A stretch of 63,286 bases of DNA, filler included, from Reticulomyxa filosa (Eukaryota > Protista > Foraminifera): NCBI GenBank assembly GCA_000512085.1. It is 10 parts of 10 records of this genome, joined end to end, with 100 filler letters (N's around TTAATTAATTAA, not from the genome) between each part and the next. Parts side by side here need not be neighbours in the genome. Positions count along the whole stretch, not along the records: positions 49,922 to 57,090 come from ASPP01027226.1; positions 57,191 to 61,550 come from ASPP01047386.1; positions 61,651 to 63,286 come from ASPP01022356.1; 7 more parts are not named here. One strand, written 5' to 3'. A model generated the notes under the pieces. That model saw only the letters and a list, made by a program, of their open reading frames with translations, was not told the DNA's origin and did not search any database. Shown here piece after piece: positions 51,878 to 63,286 of the stretch. The position numbers and the translations under genes are program-made. Position 1 is the first letter of the stretch; the number at the start of each line of letters is the position of its first letter.

Positions 51878-54261
51878 ATGCCTTCATTCCAAGTTTTTGT
51901 GACGATTGAGTCAAAAAAATATCGACTTGCATTGACATCTTTGACCATTGCAAATTTAAAAGATCAAATCCCTAAAGAAAAGGAAGAACACATGTTAATC
52001 CGAATAACTAGCAATGACGGTCACATTGTTGAAACGGATGAGCAGGTTCGGAATGCAGTAGAAAAAGATGATGCAAATTTTATTGCGTATCTGCAACGTG
52101 CGCAAGTGAAAGAGTGGGACGAAAAAGCGATAGAAGGATATGAAGTAAAGAACCCATTGGTACTATTGGCAGGAGCAATGAGATATGAGCAAGAGCCATA
52201 TGTGGAAGCAGCAAAGCAAGACCTCAAAATACTGCAGCAGCTGTTTGAAAGTGCATTTGGTTACAAAGTGCTTACCTCATACAATTCACAAAATCCAAAT
52301 ACAGAATCTCTCACATTGAATGAACTGGAGGCATTGATTGCAAAGCATTGCAATGCATTGGCAGATAGAGACAATCAAAACAAAGACATGTATGATGGGT
52401 TGATATTTGTGTGGTGTGGATATGGTGGTTTTGGAAGCAGTGGCCACACTCTGATCACAAGTGATGGTCAAAGCAAAGCCTTGCAATCCATTCAAGCGGA
52501 ATTGGCGATCAAAACAGATCATTTGCGAGGAAAACCAAAGATATTCATCAGCATTGTGTATGATGAACAATCACATGTCAAACGTGGATCCATAAAAGAG
52601 AAAAAAAAAAGAAGAATCCAGATTACGGCGTGGATGACACCTTGACGATTTGTGTAAGCATTGCACAGCAGTCTGTCTTGTGCAATGAAAAGAAAGAATA
52701 CGAATTAATAGGGAGCAACTTTACAAGACTTTTTTGTCAAATTGTTGAAAAAAATATGAACAAAAGTGTTGGCTGTATTGTTCGTCAAGTCACCGAAATG
52801 GTGAGTGAATTTGTGCAAACAGCTTGGTCAATTTCGACCGATGTGTATTTGATCCCAAAGTCTTTGGGACACAAAAACAATCCGGAAATGTTATGTTTCA
52901 AGAAACATTGGAACAAAAATTGGAGAAAAGCAAATGTAGAAGCAGCCAAAGTGGTAGAGCAAATGCAAGGCAAAAATGAGCAAGGATTGATCATCGTTGC
53001 AAACAATACTTTGCAATGGCAAAAGATGACCGCTCCAAATGCTTCCAACACCGGGAATGATAGCAACACATTTGTTGCGTTGATCAGTAGCGATCAGACT
53101 GAAAAGAGAGTGTTTGGGGATTATATACTATATGTGATAAAACAAATGAAGATAATTCTAATGGATATACATATTGATGGAAATGTGTATGCAATCGATT
53201 GTGAAGTGCAATGCCAAAACAATGTGATAATTACAACCCAGTTGTTTGTGACAAAGAAAGCTATCATTGATCCAAAGCTGAGACAATCCATGCCACTCAT
53301 TCAATGGGATTCCAAAGTGCATTATGAAATTCCTGTGCAATTCCAGGCAATTGAAGACATTGTTGAGGTGTGCGGAAAGAAAAAACTATTCAATGAAGCC
53401 ATTCAACATTTGCAAAAGCATTTGCAAATTGCGGTCGACAAACTCGGGTTTAATTACCCGTACGTCGCCGTTTCATGCAATTTGATCGGAATCACATATT
53501 CCAGTAAAGGAGAACATGACAAAGCAATTGAATTCTTTGAAAAAGCTTTGGATGTCTTGACCAACATTTTTGGGATCAAGTACGCCTTTGTTGCACAATT
53601 GTATCACAATTTAGGCATTACCTATTCTGACAAAAGACAACATGACAAATCGATTGAATACTATAAAAAGGCTTTAGAAATTCGATTGGATGTTTTGGGG
53701 CTCAATCATGTGGATGTCGCTTGGTCATACCACAATACTGGAGCTGTATACTTTAACAAAGGAGAATATGACAAAGCAATTGAATATTATGAAAAATCAC
53801 TGAAAATCAGGCTTAATATTTTTGGGATCAAACACTCTGATGTTGCTGATTCTTATAACAGCTTGGGAATTGCATACAAAAATGCCAGTCAATATGACAA
53901 ATCCATTGAGTGCCACGAAAAGTCACTGAAAATTCGGTTGGAAATTTTTGAGGGCCAGCATAGTGACGTTGCTCGGTCGTATAACAATTTGGGCATTTCT
54001 TACAAAAATAAAGGCAAGTATGATGAAGCTATTGAATGCCACCAAAAATCATTAGAGATTAGGAAGAAGATATTTGGAAATGCCGAAAAACTTGTCGGCG
54101 ATTCAAACTGGAATTTGGCAGTCGCCTTTGGACAAAAAGGACAACACGAAACAGCTCGCAGATATTATGAGGACGCGTGGAAGGTATACAGCATGTCCTT
54201 AGGAGAATGGAACGAAGAAACGATACAAGCAAAAGAAAATATTAAAATATTAAGTGATTAA
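51878..54261 (+). CDS. PB1/ubiquitin-like + inactive caspase-like (C14 p20/p10) + TPR-repeat protein; intronless, one A-run frameshift at ~52600
   Basis: PLVLLAGAMRY..DLKILQQLFESAFGYKV..YDGLIFVWCGYG..LITSDG..LRGKPKIFISIV; p10-like GSNFTRLFCQIV; six full 42-aa TPRs. Confidence 0.8.
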
Positions 54262-54581
54262 AATTGCAGAAAAATGAAAATATATCTTTCAATATACCAA
54301 AGGGGACGGTTTCTTTAAAAAGATTTTATGCACATTCCTAAATTGTATTTGATTGGGTCACCATGTTATATTTGTTTTGACAGTAACACATTGCTTAAAT
54401 TTGAACAAACATTTGGTTAAGTTTGAATTAGACTTTAAAATTTAATTCAAATGTGTTTATTTTCAAAAATATACAGTGTTATGGAACATATTTCGTTGTC
54501 TTGCTACGTTTTTCCAGTACGTCTTTCCCCGCAAACATAGAAAATTTTTACTCGTTTTCATAAAACGTAATTGAATCGAGA

Positions 54582-55444
54582 ATGCAAGCTTATCGTGCTG
54601 CGTTGCGCCATACAAGAGGCATTGGTCTTAGAACTACTAAAGGATTCAATTGTGTAACACGCCGCACTCATGTCTACGACAAAAGGTCCCACTTGCCTCA
54701 GGACGACACCGCAGTGGTATGTGATCATACCCAGCCTTTCCTCAAAAAAATTACCCCCTGTTTTTTTTGTAACCCCTTTCCAAAGTGATCAAAAAAGAAC
54801 TTTGAAAATAGTAATGACTATTACAAAAATGAGTGTTTTTGAATACGTGAAGTCGAAACTTGTTCACGCTTTGAGGGGCCCAAGGAAGGGAAGAGGGGGA
54901 GAGTGATAAAGACAGATGAAAAAGGGGCTAAGTAAGTAAAGTGAGCGGAAAAATCCAAAACATTTGTATGTGTATGTGGACATGACGGGGGGTGATATGA
55001 TGACAGGTGTATGTATCTCCTTGGGACGCAGATACCCTGAAATTGACTCAACCACGCATTCGTCGATTGAGTCAATATTTTCAATGGGCGATATTTTTGA
55101 GTTTGAGTTACGCATGGTTCAAATTCATCATCGTTCGTGGGCGGCTTAACAAAGTCGAAAAATGGGATCACAAAACCAAATACTGGAAGTTAACCCCCTT
55201 TTTTTTATTAAAAAAAAAGTTCATAAAAAAAAAGTCTTCAAAATATCAATAAAAAAAAGTGACTTTCTAGATTTTATGCGTGTTTGTTTTTTTGTGTAGT
55301 GACGGATATTGGGTCCGTGAGTTTCCTGAAGGATTGGTGGTGAAAGAATTATCCAATGGATCTTATGCCATTGAACCCGCCATTACTCCACGCTTATCTT
55401 GGTCAGAACGCTTTTGGAGATGCGTGTATTGTGTCTGTGATTAA
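54582..55444 (+). CDS. Orphan 153-aa protein, putative mitochondrial single-TM protein (exons 54582-54716, 55007-55188, 55300-55444)
   Basis: Three exons splice in frame through GT-AG; Arg-rich, acid-free N-terminus MQAYRAALRHTRGIGLRTTKGF; hydrophobic YFQWAIFLSLSYAWFKFIIV. Confidence 0.7.
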
Positions 55445-56060
55445 TACTTTAAATACTTTCACTCAAAGAATGTTGATATTAACAAACCAATACAAATAAA
55501 CAAACCCACACACATTGCTAACAGAAAAATCACCTCTTTTTTGTTCAAACTCTTCTCATGTGTCCATTCTTGTTGTTTTCTGTGGGCTCGTTCAAGGTTT
55601 CATCTTTGAAGGAAAACAACAGCTTATGAAAAAAAAACAAAACAAAACAAAATGATTTGGAACGAATCTTCAGTTCCAATGATTATATTCTTCATTTCTT
55701 AGTTTGAAAGGTGAAAAATTGATTTTCTTTATATCTGACAAAAATTTTTTAAAAGCTAAATATTAGGGATTTATTCCGATTTTAAAGAAAATTCCTTGAC
55801 CAAGTAGAGGGTTTTTTCGAACAAAGTACCCCGCTGTTGTGGTTCTTCGGAAGTGCATTAATTACGTTGGATTATTCAAAAAAAATCTTATTCTTACATT
55901 CAAAAAATTGACAAAAAACGTTAATTCGATCCATTTCGACGTAATTTTCTTTTATAGATTTGTGAAAACAATAATAGTTTTTTTAAAAGTGCTAAAGTTT
56001 TTAAAAAAACCACTTTTTAAAGCTCAGGTCTGACGTTGAGTAACAAAAGTTGGATTGACA

Positions 56061-57018
56061 ATGACATCATTTTCACCAGAGGAGATTGCACAATTTCAAC
56101 AAATATATAATGCGAGTGATATCAATGGTGATGGCGTGTTGGACAAGGAAGAGGCAATAACGTCTCTGAAAGGTCTTGGGTACAAACACGATGCGTTGAG
56201 ATGGGCACTGAAGAGTGTAAGAAACTTTTTTTTTTATGCCTAAACCTCCATTCACCCACTAAAAAAAAAAGGGAGGAAGAAGATGATAAAATGAGTAGGG
56301 TAAATAATTGGAACGAGACACTAAGAAAAAAAAAAATGGAAAAAAAATTAGGCGGACAAAGACGGTAATGGTTTAATTACATTTGAGGAGTTTTTATTTG
56401 CATTGTCGCAACTGAAGAAAAACCACGGATTTTCCGCGAAAGAAGTGGGGTTGTTCCGACAAGCGTTTGATGCGGCAGACAAGGACAGAAATGGGAATTT
56501 GGACTCAAATGAGTTGGTTTCGGCACTCGAAAATCTGGGTTATCGTCGTGATTCTGCGGTCACCGCTTTGGAAATAGTGAAGTGTAAAACATTTATAAAA
56601 AAAAAAAAAAAAATTGTTGTGTTAACTTTGTTTACATATGTGTATATGTACATATGCATTATATAGACATAAGCATATATGCATATACATTCATATATGT
56701 ATATGTAAGTATATATATATATATATGTATATACAAACAACATTCTATTGTTTGTTTGTTTTTTTGCAGGCGGATACAAATAAAGACGGCACGGTCGACT
56801 TTGATGAGTTTTTAGAGGCGCTATGGAAAGTAAAGCCCGTCGGCCATGGATTTCCCCCAGACAAAGTGTCCGACTTCCGAAGGCTGTTCAACAAGTTGGA
56901 CGTCAACAAGGACGGCCGTTTGGATCAAAACGAAATCATCGAAGGACTTAAACGTTTCGGTTTTCACAGCGAACAAGTCAAGACCTTGTTACAGCAAGTT
57001 TCGACTCTTTGTAACCTT

Positions 57019-57059
<41 letters not shown>

Positions 57060-57090
57060 GATATATATATTACTCTTGTTTGAAAGTGTG
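56061..57090 (+). CDS. Multi-EF-hand calcium-binding protein (at least 5 EF hands, truncated)
   Basis: Loops DINGDGVLDKEE, DKDGNGLITFEE, DKDRNGNLDSNE, DTNKDGTVDFDE, DVNKDGRLDQNE. Confidence 0.9.
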
Positions 57091-57190
57091 NNNNNNNNNN
57101 NNNNNNNNNNNNNNNNNNNNNNNNNNNNNNNNNNTTAATTAATTAANNNNNNNNNNNNNNNNNNNNNNNNNNNNNNNNNNNNNNNNNNNN

Positions 57191-57230
<40 letters not shown>

Positions 57231-57292
57231 AAACGAAAGTGTAATCATACGTATACATTTAAAAAAAACAAAGATAGGAACACGTAAGCAAG

Positions 57293-60200
57293 AAGTAACT
57301 TGTGCCAAGGGAAGTAACACCTCGAACAAAGCCATCACCGACATGTTTTGGCTTTCCTCTCGCTTGCTGAATCCTTCTTTCGGCTTGATAATCTTCGTCC
57401 AACGTCATAATTTGCGTTGCTTGACTGACGGTAGTGGTGACTTTGGAGGCAGCTCCAAAGACTCCGGAAATGGTTTTGGACACCAAACTCGATGTCCCTT
57501 TGCTAATGCCGCGGGTGAAGGCCATGGGACTCTCCACCAACCCTTGGGCAGGCTCGTAAAAGAAATCCTTAACGCCCGTGCCCACGTTTCCAACCAATTC
57601 CATCGGGTTCCCCAACAAGTTCAAAGACCCAAACAACTTAAAGCCTTCGCGCAACGCCTGTTGGCGATAATGCGAGACAATTGGATTGATCAACGTCTCC
57701 GTGCCTCCGTACGCATTTTCCACTGAAAACGAATTGAATCTCATCGGCGCACTTTCAATGTCTCCGAGCATGGTTATAAGAGTATTGATCAAGTTTGTGA
57801 CGAGCCACACGATCGGATTGGTACCTATCGAATGCGGTCGACTTATGGCATCCACGCAAAACGATATATCAATTGCCAAGGGTTGAAAATGAAAAGTTTT
57901 GAAAAAGTATCGTTGCAAAGCTCCAGATAGAATTCGAGATATTGTCTGGAGTTACACAAGATAAGTTATGTATACGTATACGTATTTATTTATTATATAA
58001 TATTTATATATATGCAACCTATACATATATATAAACACATCTAATCTTAACCCGGACTTCTTTATCATATTCATAGCTAAATGTCTCTTCGATAAACTCT
58101 TGAGCAAACCTGAAAATGTCCCAAATCAACGTCTCTTCCATTTCGAATTTCATTTTTTGGATTAGCACGTTGAATCCTTGCACGACAATCAGATTGGATG
58201 TGTCACTGACATTGGCAATGTTCAGACTTAATTGCAAAAACGGCTTCTTTTGCTTTGGAGGCTGAGGGATGGGTGCAAGCAATGAACAATAACGAGCGGA
58301 TCGCCTTTGCGTGTCGATTTGGAAATGGTCCACAATCAACTCCACTGCTTTTGCTCGATGCTTTGGTGGATCTTTGCGGAGATCTTGCTCGCACTGAGAT
58401 ATAGAAGCTCGCGGGGATGGTTATCGACGACGCTTATCCCAAATAATGGAATGTCTCCTCGAATGTTAAAACTGTTGAGCAGCGAAGGCGCTGGGGCTTT
58501 CGTATACGTCCACGCTAGTGTCACCGTGTATTCTTCATCGGCAAAGTCGTTCAGAATGGGTTGCAATGAGACCACTTGCATTTTCAAAGGCAGTATTATC
58601 CCCTTTGTTTACACCAAACAATATTCTTTTGCAATGTTGTTTTTTTTCTCTTTACAAAAAGGGGTGGGGGGGTTATGTGAAAGAAATAAATGATGCACTT
58701 AACATCGTCAGTTTCAAATAGCTCTGATTTTTCTTCGAGAGTTTTTTTCTTGTCATTTGCCGGCTCTTTTTTTTCTTCATTCGCGTTAAAAGCTTGACTT
58801 TGTTGCAGCTCGGCGTACCCAAGCATTGCTTCCTTTTGGTCGTGGCCGATGGTCCAAATCTCCACCTTTAGTTTGTCTGTATTGGCATAGCAATGCAAGA
58901 TTCACAACTCATTAAATAAAAAACAAAAACAAAGAGAGAGAGAGAGAGAGAGAGAAAAAGATAAAACTTTGTCTGGATCTCGGAGTGAAAAAGTCTTCAA
59001 TGGCACAGCTGTTCAGCAAACAGATCTTCGCCCAGTCGTAATTTTCGATTTTTTGCCAAGCGCAAGATAACGAAGCATCAACTAGAGTGTGTTTGGTGTT
59101 TTCATTGTACACCTTGCAAATGGCAATGCGATGGAAAGCCTGTTGATGTCGGAGCAGCGAGATATCATCGATAGTGTCTTTTCCAATTTCCTCGAGCAGT
59201 CTCTGCTGGACCTTGTTCAGGGTCAACTTACGTGCCTCCAATTTGTCAATTTCAAAGTCCATCTTTTCGGTCTTGGATCGAATGACCGTTGTACGAACAC
59301 GAACGTCCCCGTAAAGGACATTTCCAATTTTCGCTCCGGCGGACCGAAGAGATAGCCAGCGGTCCATCGTTCTCCCCGAAATCTGGTCGATTTCGTCGGG
59401 AAGGATGATCACTCCTCCCAAGTAGTCATCCGACAGCATTCCCTCATGATACACGGCGATATTAATAGGGTGCACTTCCTTGGCATTGATATTGAAATGG
59501 AAATTCCAGACGGGATTGCACGTGTGCTTTTGTGTGGGACTCCTTTTTTGGTTCCCTTTGATCGTGATGATGACGTAAGGATTGGTTTCTCGTCCAAACG
59601 TTTTCGGAGGGATATTTCGGGCCTCCATCACCTCCACCAGCAACTCCACATTGCCTTTTGGCGTGGAGTCAGTGTTCGGATGACGCAACTCCGAAATTTG
59701 CTTTTCCAATTTCTGCAGCTCAGACTTGATCAACTCTTTGCGATTGTTCACAATCGGCTTGTACTTCTCCAATAGTGGCTTCAGGTCCAATCCTTTCAGT
59801 TTCAACTGACTCACTTTTTCTTGTTTTGGAATTTTGAAATCGGAAATAATCAATGCCTTTGTCGGACCATGCATTTCGATGGCGCAATATAACACCATAT
59901 TGCTTTCGGCAAACTCGATTTTGGGATAGCTCGGCTCGTTCTCGCGCATATCAAATTTGTATTGCTTCAACTTTGTCCCTTTGATTTCCACCAAAATCTT
60001 CTTCGTTTGCTCCAAGTCATACCACGCGAATGGCACATCGTGCAAGGGCTGCACAACCTCCCATTGATTGGATCGCTTTTGGCAAAAGCGGATTTCCGTC
60101 GTCAACGTTTGGTTGATGATGTGCAAGGGCGGGAACTCTTGGTCTGCTTTCGTTAGGCTAATGTACAGCGATGCGAACGCATTCGTCGTTTGAATGCTCA

Positions 60201-61450
60201 GCAGATCTAACGTCGGCGCCGTCTCACGTCGAATGCGAATCACATTGTTGCCCACCTCGCCAATATTCACAAAGCTCGACCATTGTTGCTGTTCGATCGT
60301 GGTTGGAGTGGTCATTCCCTCTGCCTCTGAATGCGGCACGATGCGGAATTGAAGGGCCTTACGCTTCACTGGCGCGTTCCAATGGAAGTGGATATATCCA
60401 TTTGGTACCAATCGAATGGGTTTGTTGCTGTTGATCTCGCTCGAGTTTACTTGGATCTAATCAAACAAATGTAATAGCATTACATTGTTCAAGAAATATA
60501 ATAATAATAATAATAACAAAAAAAAAAAAAAAAAATACTTGTCGGATTTCAATGACATCGCCAAAACAATTCTGAATAATGTGTCTTGGAGCCAATGTGA
60601 TACGTTTCACCAAACCTCGGAATATACCGGTCACTAGAGCAATTTCGACTCCCACTTCGAATTCGTAGTTGCGTTGGTCGCGCGAGTCTTTCTTGCCTTG
60701 CAGCTTTTCCACGCGTGTGTAATTGCCGACCGCATTGGCCGCAAATGGCTCCGAAAAGTCACAGTTTGGCGTTCGGACGTACACTCCTTCCTTGCTTCCG
60801 TCGGGGAAGCCAAGCATGATGGGCTCCATCTCTTCCAACTTTTTGTCCGAGTAACGCTCGCCATCACTTTTCAGTCCTCCGACGATCGATTTACCTATGA
60901 GGAATGCATCCAATATTATCGACTTTTTTTACTTAGATAAAAAAAAAAAAAATGCATTTTCTATCTCTCTCTCTCTCTCTCTCTTCTTTTTTTTTTTTTT
61001 AAGCTAGATAAAGTATACCATCCCAAGATGGTATCAAATGCAATCCGGTAATGTCATATATCCAATAAGGAACATAAAAGGTAACCAAATGACTGCCCTT
61101 CCCCAATTGGGAACATTCAATGCGTGCATAGAGCAGGAATTGCGTCGTGATCTCCGAAAAGACAAAGTCTTCCACGTACTTTTGATTGGACTCAGAGTCA
61201 TAGGCGCTTCTTGCGTCTTTCAGTACTCGCTTCCATCCTTTTTGCCCTTGCCACTGCAACTCGCGAAGTTTCAGGTTGGCCATCAATAACTGGCTTTGTG
61301 GAAGGAAGCACATGTCCAAGGCTTGGCCCGAATGCAGCGATCGCTGACACTTTGTGCCTTTCTGTTGAAATAATACGTCCAAAGTGTCGGGCAGCAAGTT
61401 TTCCACTCGAGCAGATGGCCAAACGTCGTATATTATTCGTTCATGTTCGT
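57293..61450 (-). CDS. VPS13: VPS13-family lipid transfer protein, internal/C-terminal fragment (VAB/SHR-BD, C2, APT1/VPS13_C, ATG2_C)
   Basis: YVPYWIYDITGL; RITLAPRHIIQN; PPLHIINQT; GISVVDNHPRELLY; FGSLNLLGNP..GTGVKDFFYEPAQG..ISKGTSSL..PKHVGDGF. Confidence 0.9.
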
Positions 61451-61769
61451 TGTCTTTGTGTGTCTGTTGTTTTTCAATGGAAAATGTGCAAACACGTCAG
61501 TAGAGAACAATATACACATATATGTATACATATACATATATATATGTATANNNNNNNNNNNNNNNNNNNNNNNNNNNNNNNNNNNNNNNNNNNNTTAATT
61601 AATTAANNNNNNNNNNNNNNNNNNNNNNNNNNNNNNNNNNNNNNNNNNNNTATAGAAATATTTCAGTGATGTTACTATAAACATTGAACTCCTTTTTGTT
61701 GAAATATTTATTATCACTTAAAAAAAATAAAATATTAAAATAAAAAAAAATAGACAGAAATAGCAACAA

Positions 61770-62808
61770 GAATAATTTTGAGAAATTGGTCTCGAACACT
61801 TTGCATTAGATTGGGATGGATTGATGAGTTCAACAAAATGATTGCACGATATGTTTCGTCTAAATATATTTTATTATTATTAACTATAACATATACACAT
61901 AAATATAATATTAAAAAAAAAAGGCTAAATATTATAAATTATTACAAGTCTTTTCCAGTGCATTCACATAATGTAAAAACAGTAAAATTTTCACCAGATG
62001 GTAATGAAATTGTTTCATCTTCTTATGATAAAACAGTTAGAATATGGGACGTTGCATCAGGAAAAGCAATTCATAGATTGAAAGGACATTCAAATTGGGT
62101 TACTTATGCACAATTTTCACCTGATAGTAATATTGTTGTTTCTTGTTCAGGAGATGAAACAATTCGATTATGGGATGTAAAATCTGGACAAAAACTAAGA
62201 ATATTAAAAGGACATTCTAATGTCGTAGCTGTAGCACATTTTTCTCCAGATGGTCAAATAATTGTATCAGGTTCATGGGATGAAACAATTCGATTATGGA
62301 ACGTATATTCTGGAAAAGAAATCAAAAAATTAGAAGGACATTCACATTGGGTAAATGATGTTCAATTTTCTCCAAATGGTCAAACAATTGTATCATCTTC
62401 TACAGATAAAACAATTGGAATATGGAATGTACAAACAGAAAAAAGAATAAATACTTTGCAATGGCATTCGATGCGGTATTAAAAGCACAATTTTCTCCAG
62501 ACGGTTTTAATATTGCATCTTGTTCAAGTGATAAAACAATAATATTATGGGATATGATAATAGGAAAAGCATTAAAAATATTTGAAGGTCATTCAAATGC
62601 GGTAACAGATATCCATTTTTCATTAGATGGTCAAACTATTGTATCATGTTCATGGGATAATACAATTCGATTATGGGACGTAAGATCAGGACAAGAAGTA
62701 CAAAAATTGGAAGGACATTCAGATTATGTAACAGGAGTAGATTTTTCGCCAGATGGTAATATTATTGTATCATCTTCTTTTGATCAAACAGTCAGATCAT
62801 GGGGATAA
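61770..62808 (+). CDS. WD40-repeat protein, same family as 48707 (frameshift near 62475)
   Basis: N-terminal ILRNWSRTLCIRLGWIDEFNKMIARY, then about seven GHS.V..FSPDG..IVS.S.D.TIRLWDV repeats. Confidence 0.88.
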
Positions 62809-63267
62809 TAAAAATTACTTTTTCTCGATTTTGTAAATTTGTAACAAATAAATGTTTAGAAAATGCTTTAGCTTGGTTCAATTCAATTTTTTTAGTGCAT
62901 AAGTATGTTTTAATTTTGGAGAAAATTGTTGGAAAATATAATTAGAGCGAAAATACTTATTTTCGAATTCAAAGACCTTGAAACAGTCAAGTTGGTGAAC
63001 GAACCAAAGTTGCAAGTGAAAACAAAATCGAAGACTCTCTAACTACAGACAACATGATTTTCACTGAATCCATCTTTCAATGTTTGAGTTGTGATGTCAG
63101 TTTCCAAAAGAATATTTGGAATTTTTCTTAGTAGATTTCTTTTTTTTGAAAGGAGCTTTTATTTGTAGACTGGTGCTTTGGTAGAAAAAGAACTGCTTCA
63201 AAAGTGTCCAATTTCAAAAAATTGGAGTTTTTCATTATAAGATTATTCATTCTTTTCATATACCTGC

Positions 63268-63286
63268 TACAGTAGGTTGCAAAGAA
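63268..63286. mobile_element. Start of another copy of the same MITE (truncated by the window end)
   Basis: TACAGTAGGTTGCAAAGAA is identical to 34952-34970. Confidence 0.7.

Noticed and set aside
2160-62480. Many frameshifts (GMPS ~2165, Cyp-SYF2 ~7045, TRIP4 ~27900, HOOK ~33445, fiu ~41805, WD40 ~49340/49465/62475, caspase-TPR ~52600) as programmed frameshifting or pseudogenisation
   Set aside because: Most fall in homopolymer runs, and they hit essential genes and the bacterial contig alike, which fits pyrosequencing-type errors; raw reads are needed to confirm

Overview
This window is not one locus. It is ten assembly contigs joined by 100-nt artificial spacers (N44-TTAATTAATTAA-N44) at 12799, 16208, 36454, 39618, 42741, 47953, 49822, 57091 and 61551, so adjacency across spacers carries no meaning. 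Nine contigs come from an AT-rich, intron-rich microbial eukaryote. The expanded WD40/TPR families and gene style suggest a foraminiferan such as Reticulomyxa filosa (inference). One contig (39718-42740) is GC-rich proteobacterial DNA carrying an iron-uptake locus: flavoprotein 3' end, terminator, Fur box, Fiu-like TonB-dependent receptor and hemP. Eukaryotic genes: GMP synthase with a spliced-on N-terminal coiled coil, PRP18, a cyclophilin-SYF2 fusion, an AT-hook/C2H2 protein, a MINDY deubiquitinase, TRIP4/ASC-1, a UBL-membrane protein, a HOOK-family protein plus a decayed paralog, a GH2 hydrolase with an inserted PAN/Apple domain, PP1, a multi-EF-hand protein, a VPS13 fragment with C2 insertion(s), two WD40 family members and several orphans. 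The most notable item is an intronless ~790-aa gene with the architecture PB1/ubiquitin-like + catalytically dead caspase-like domain + 42-aa TPR array, a candidate sensor/scaffold. A TA-flanked palindromic MITE family recurs on four contigs. Many apparent frameshifts fall in homopolymer runs and are probably sequencing errors.
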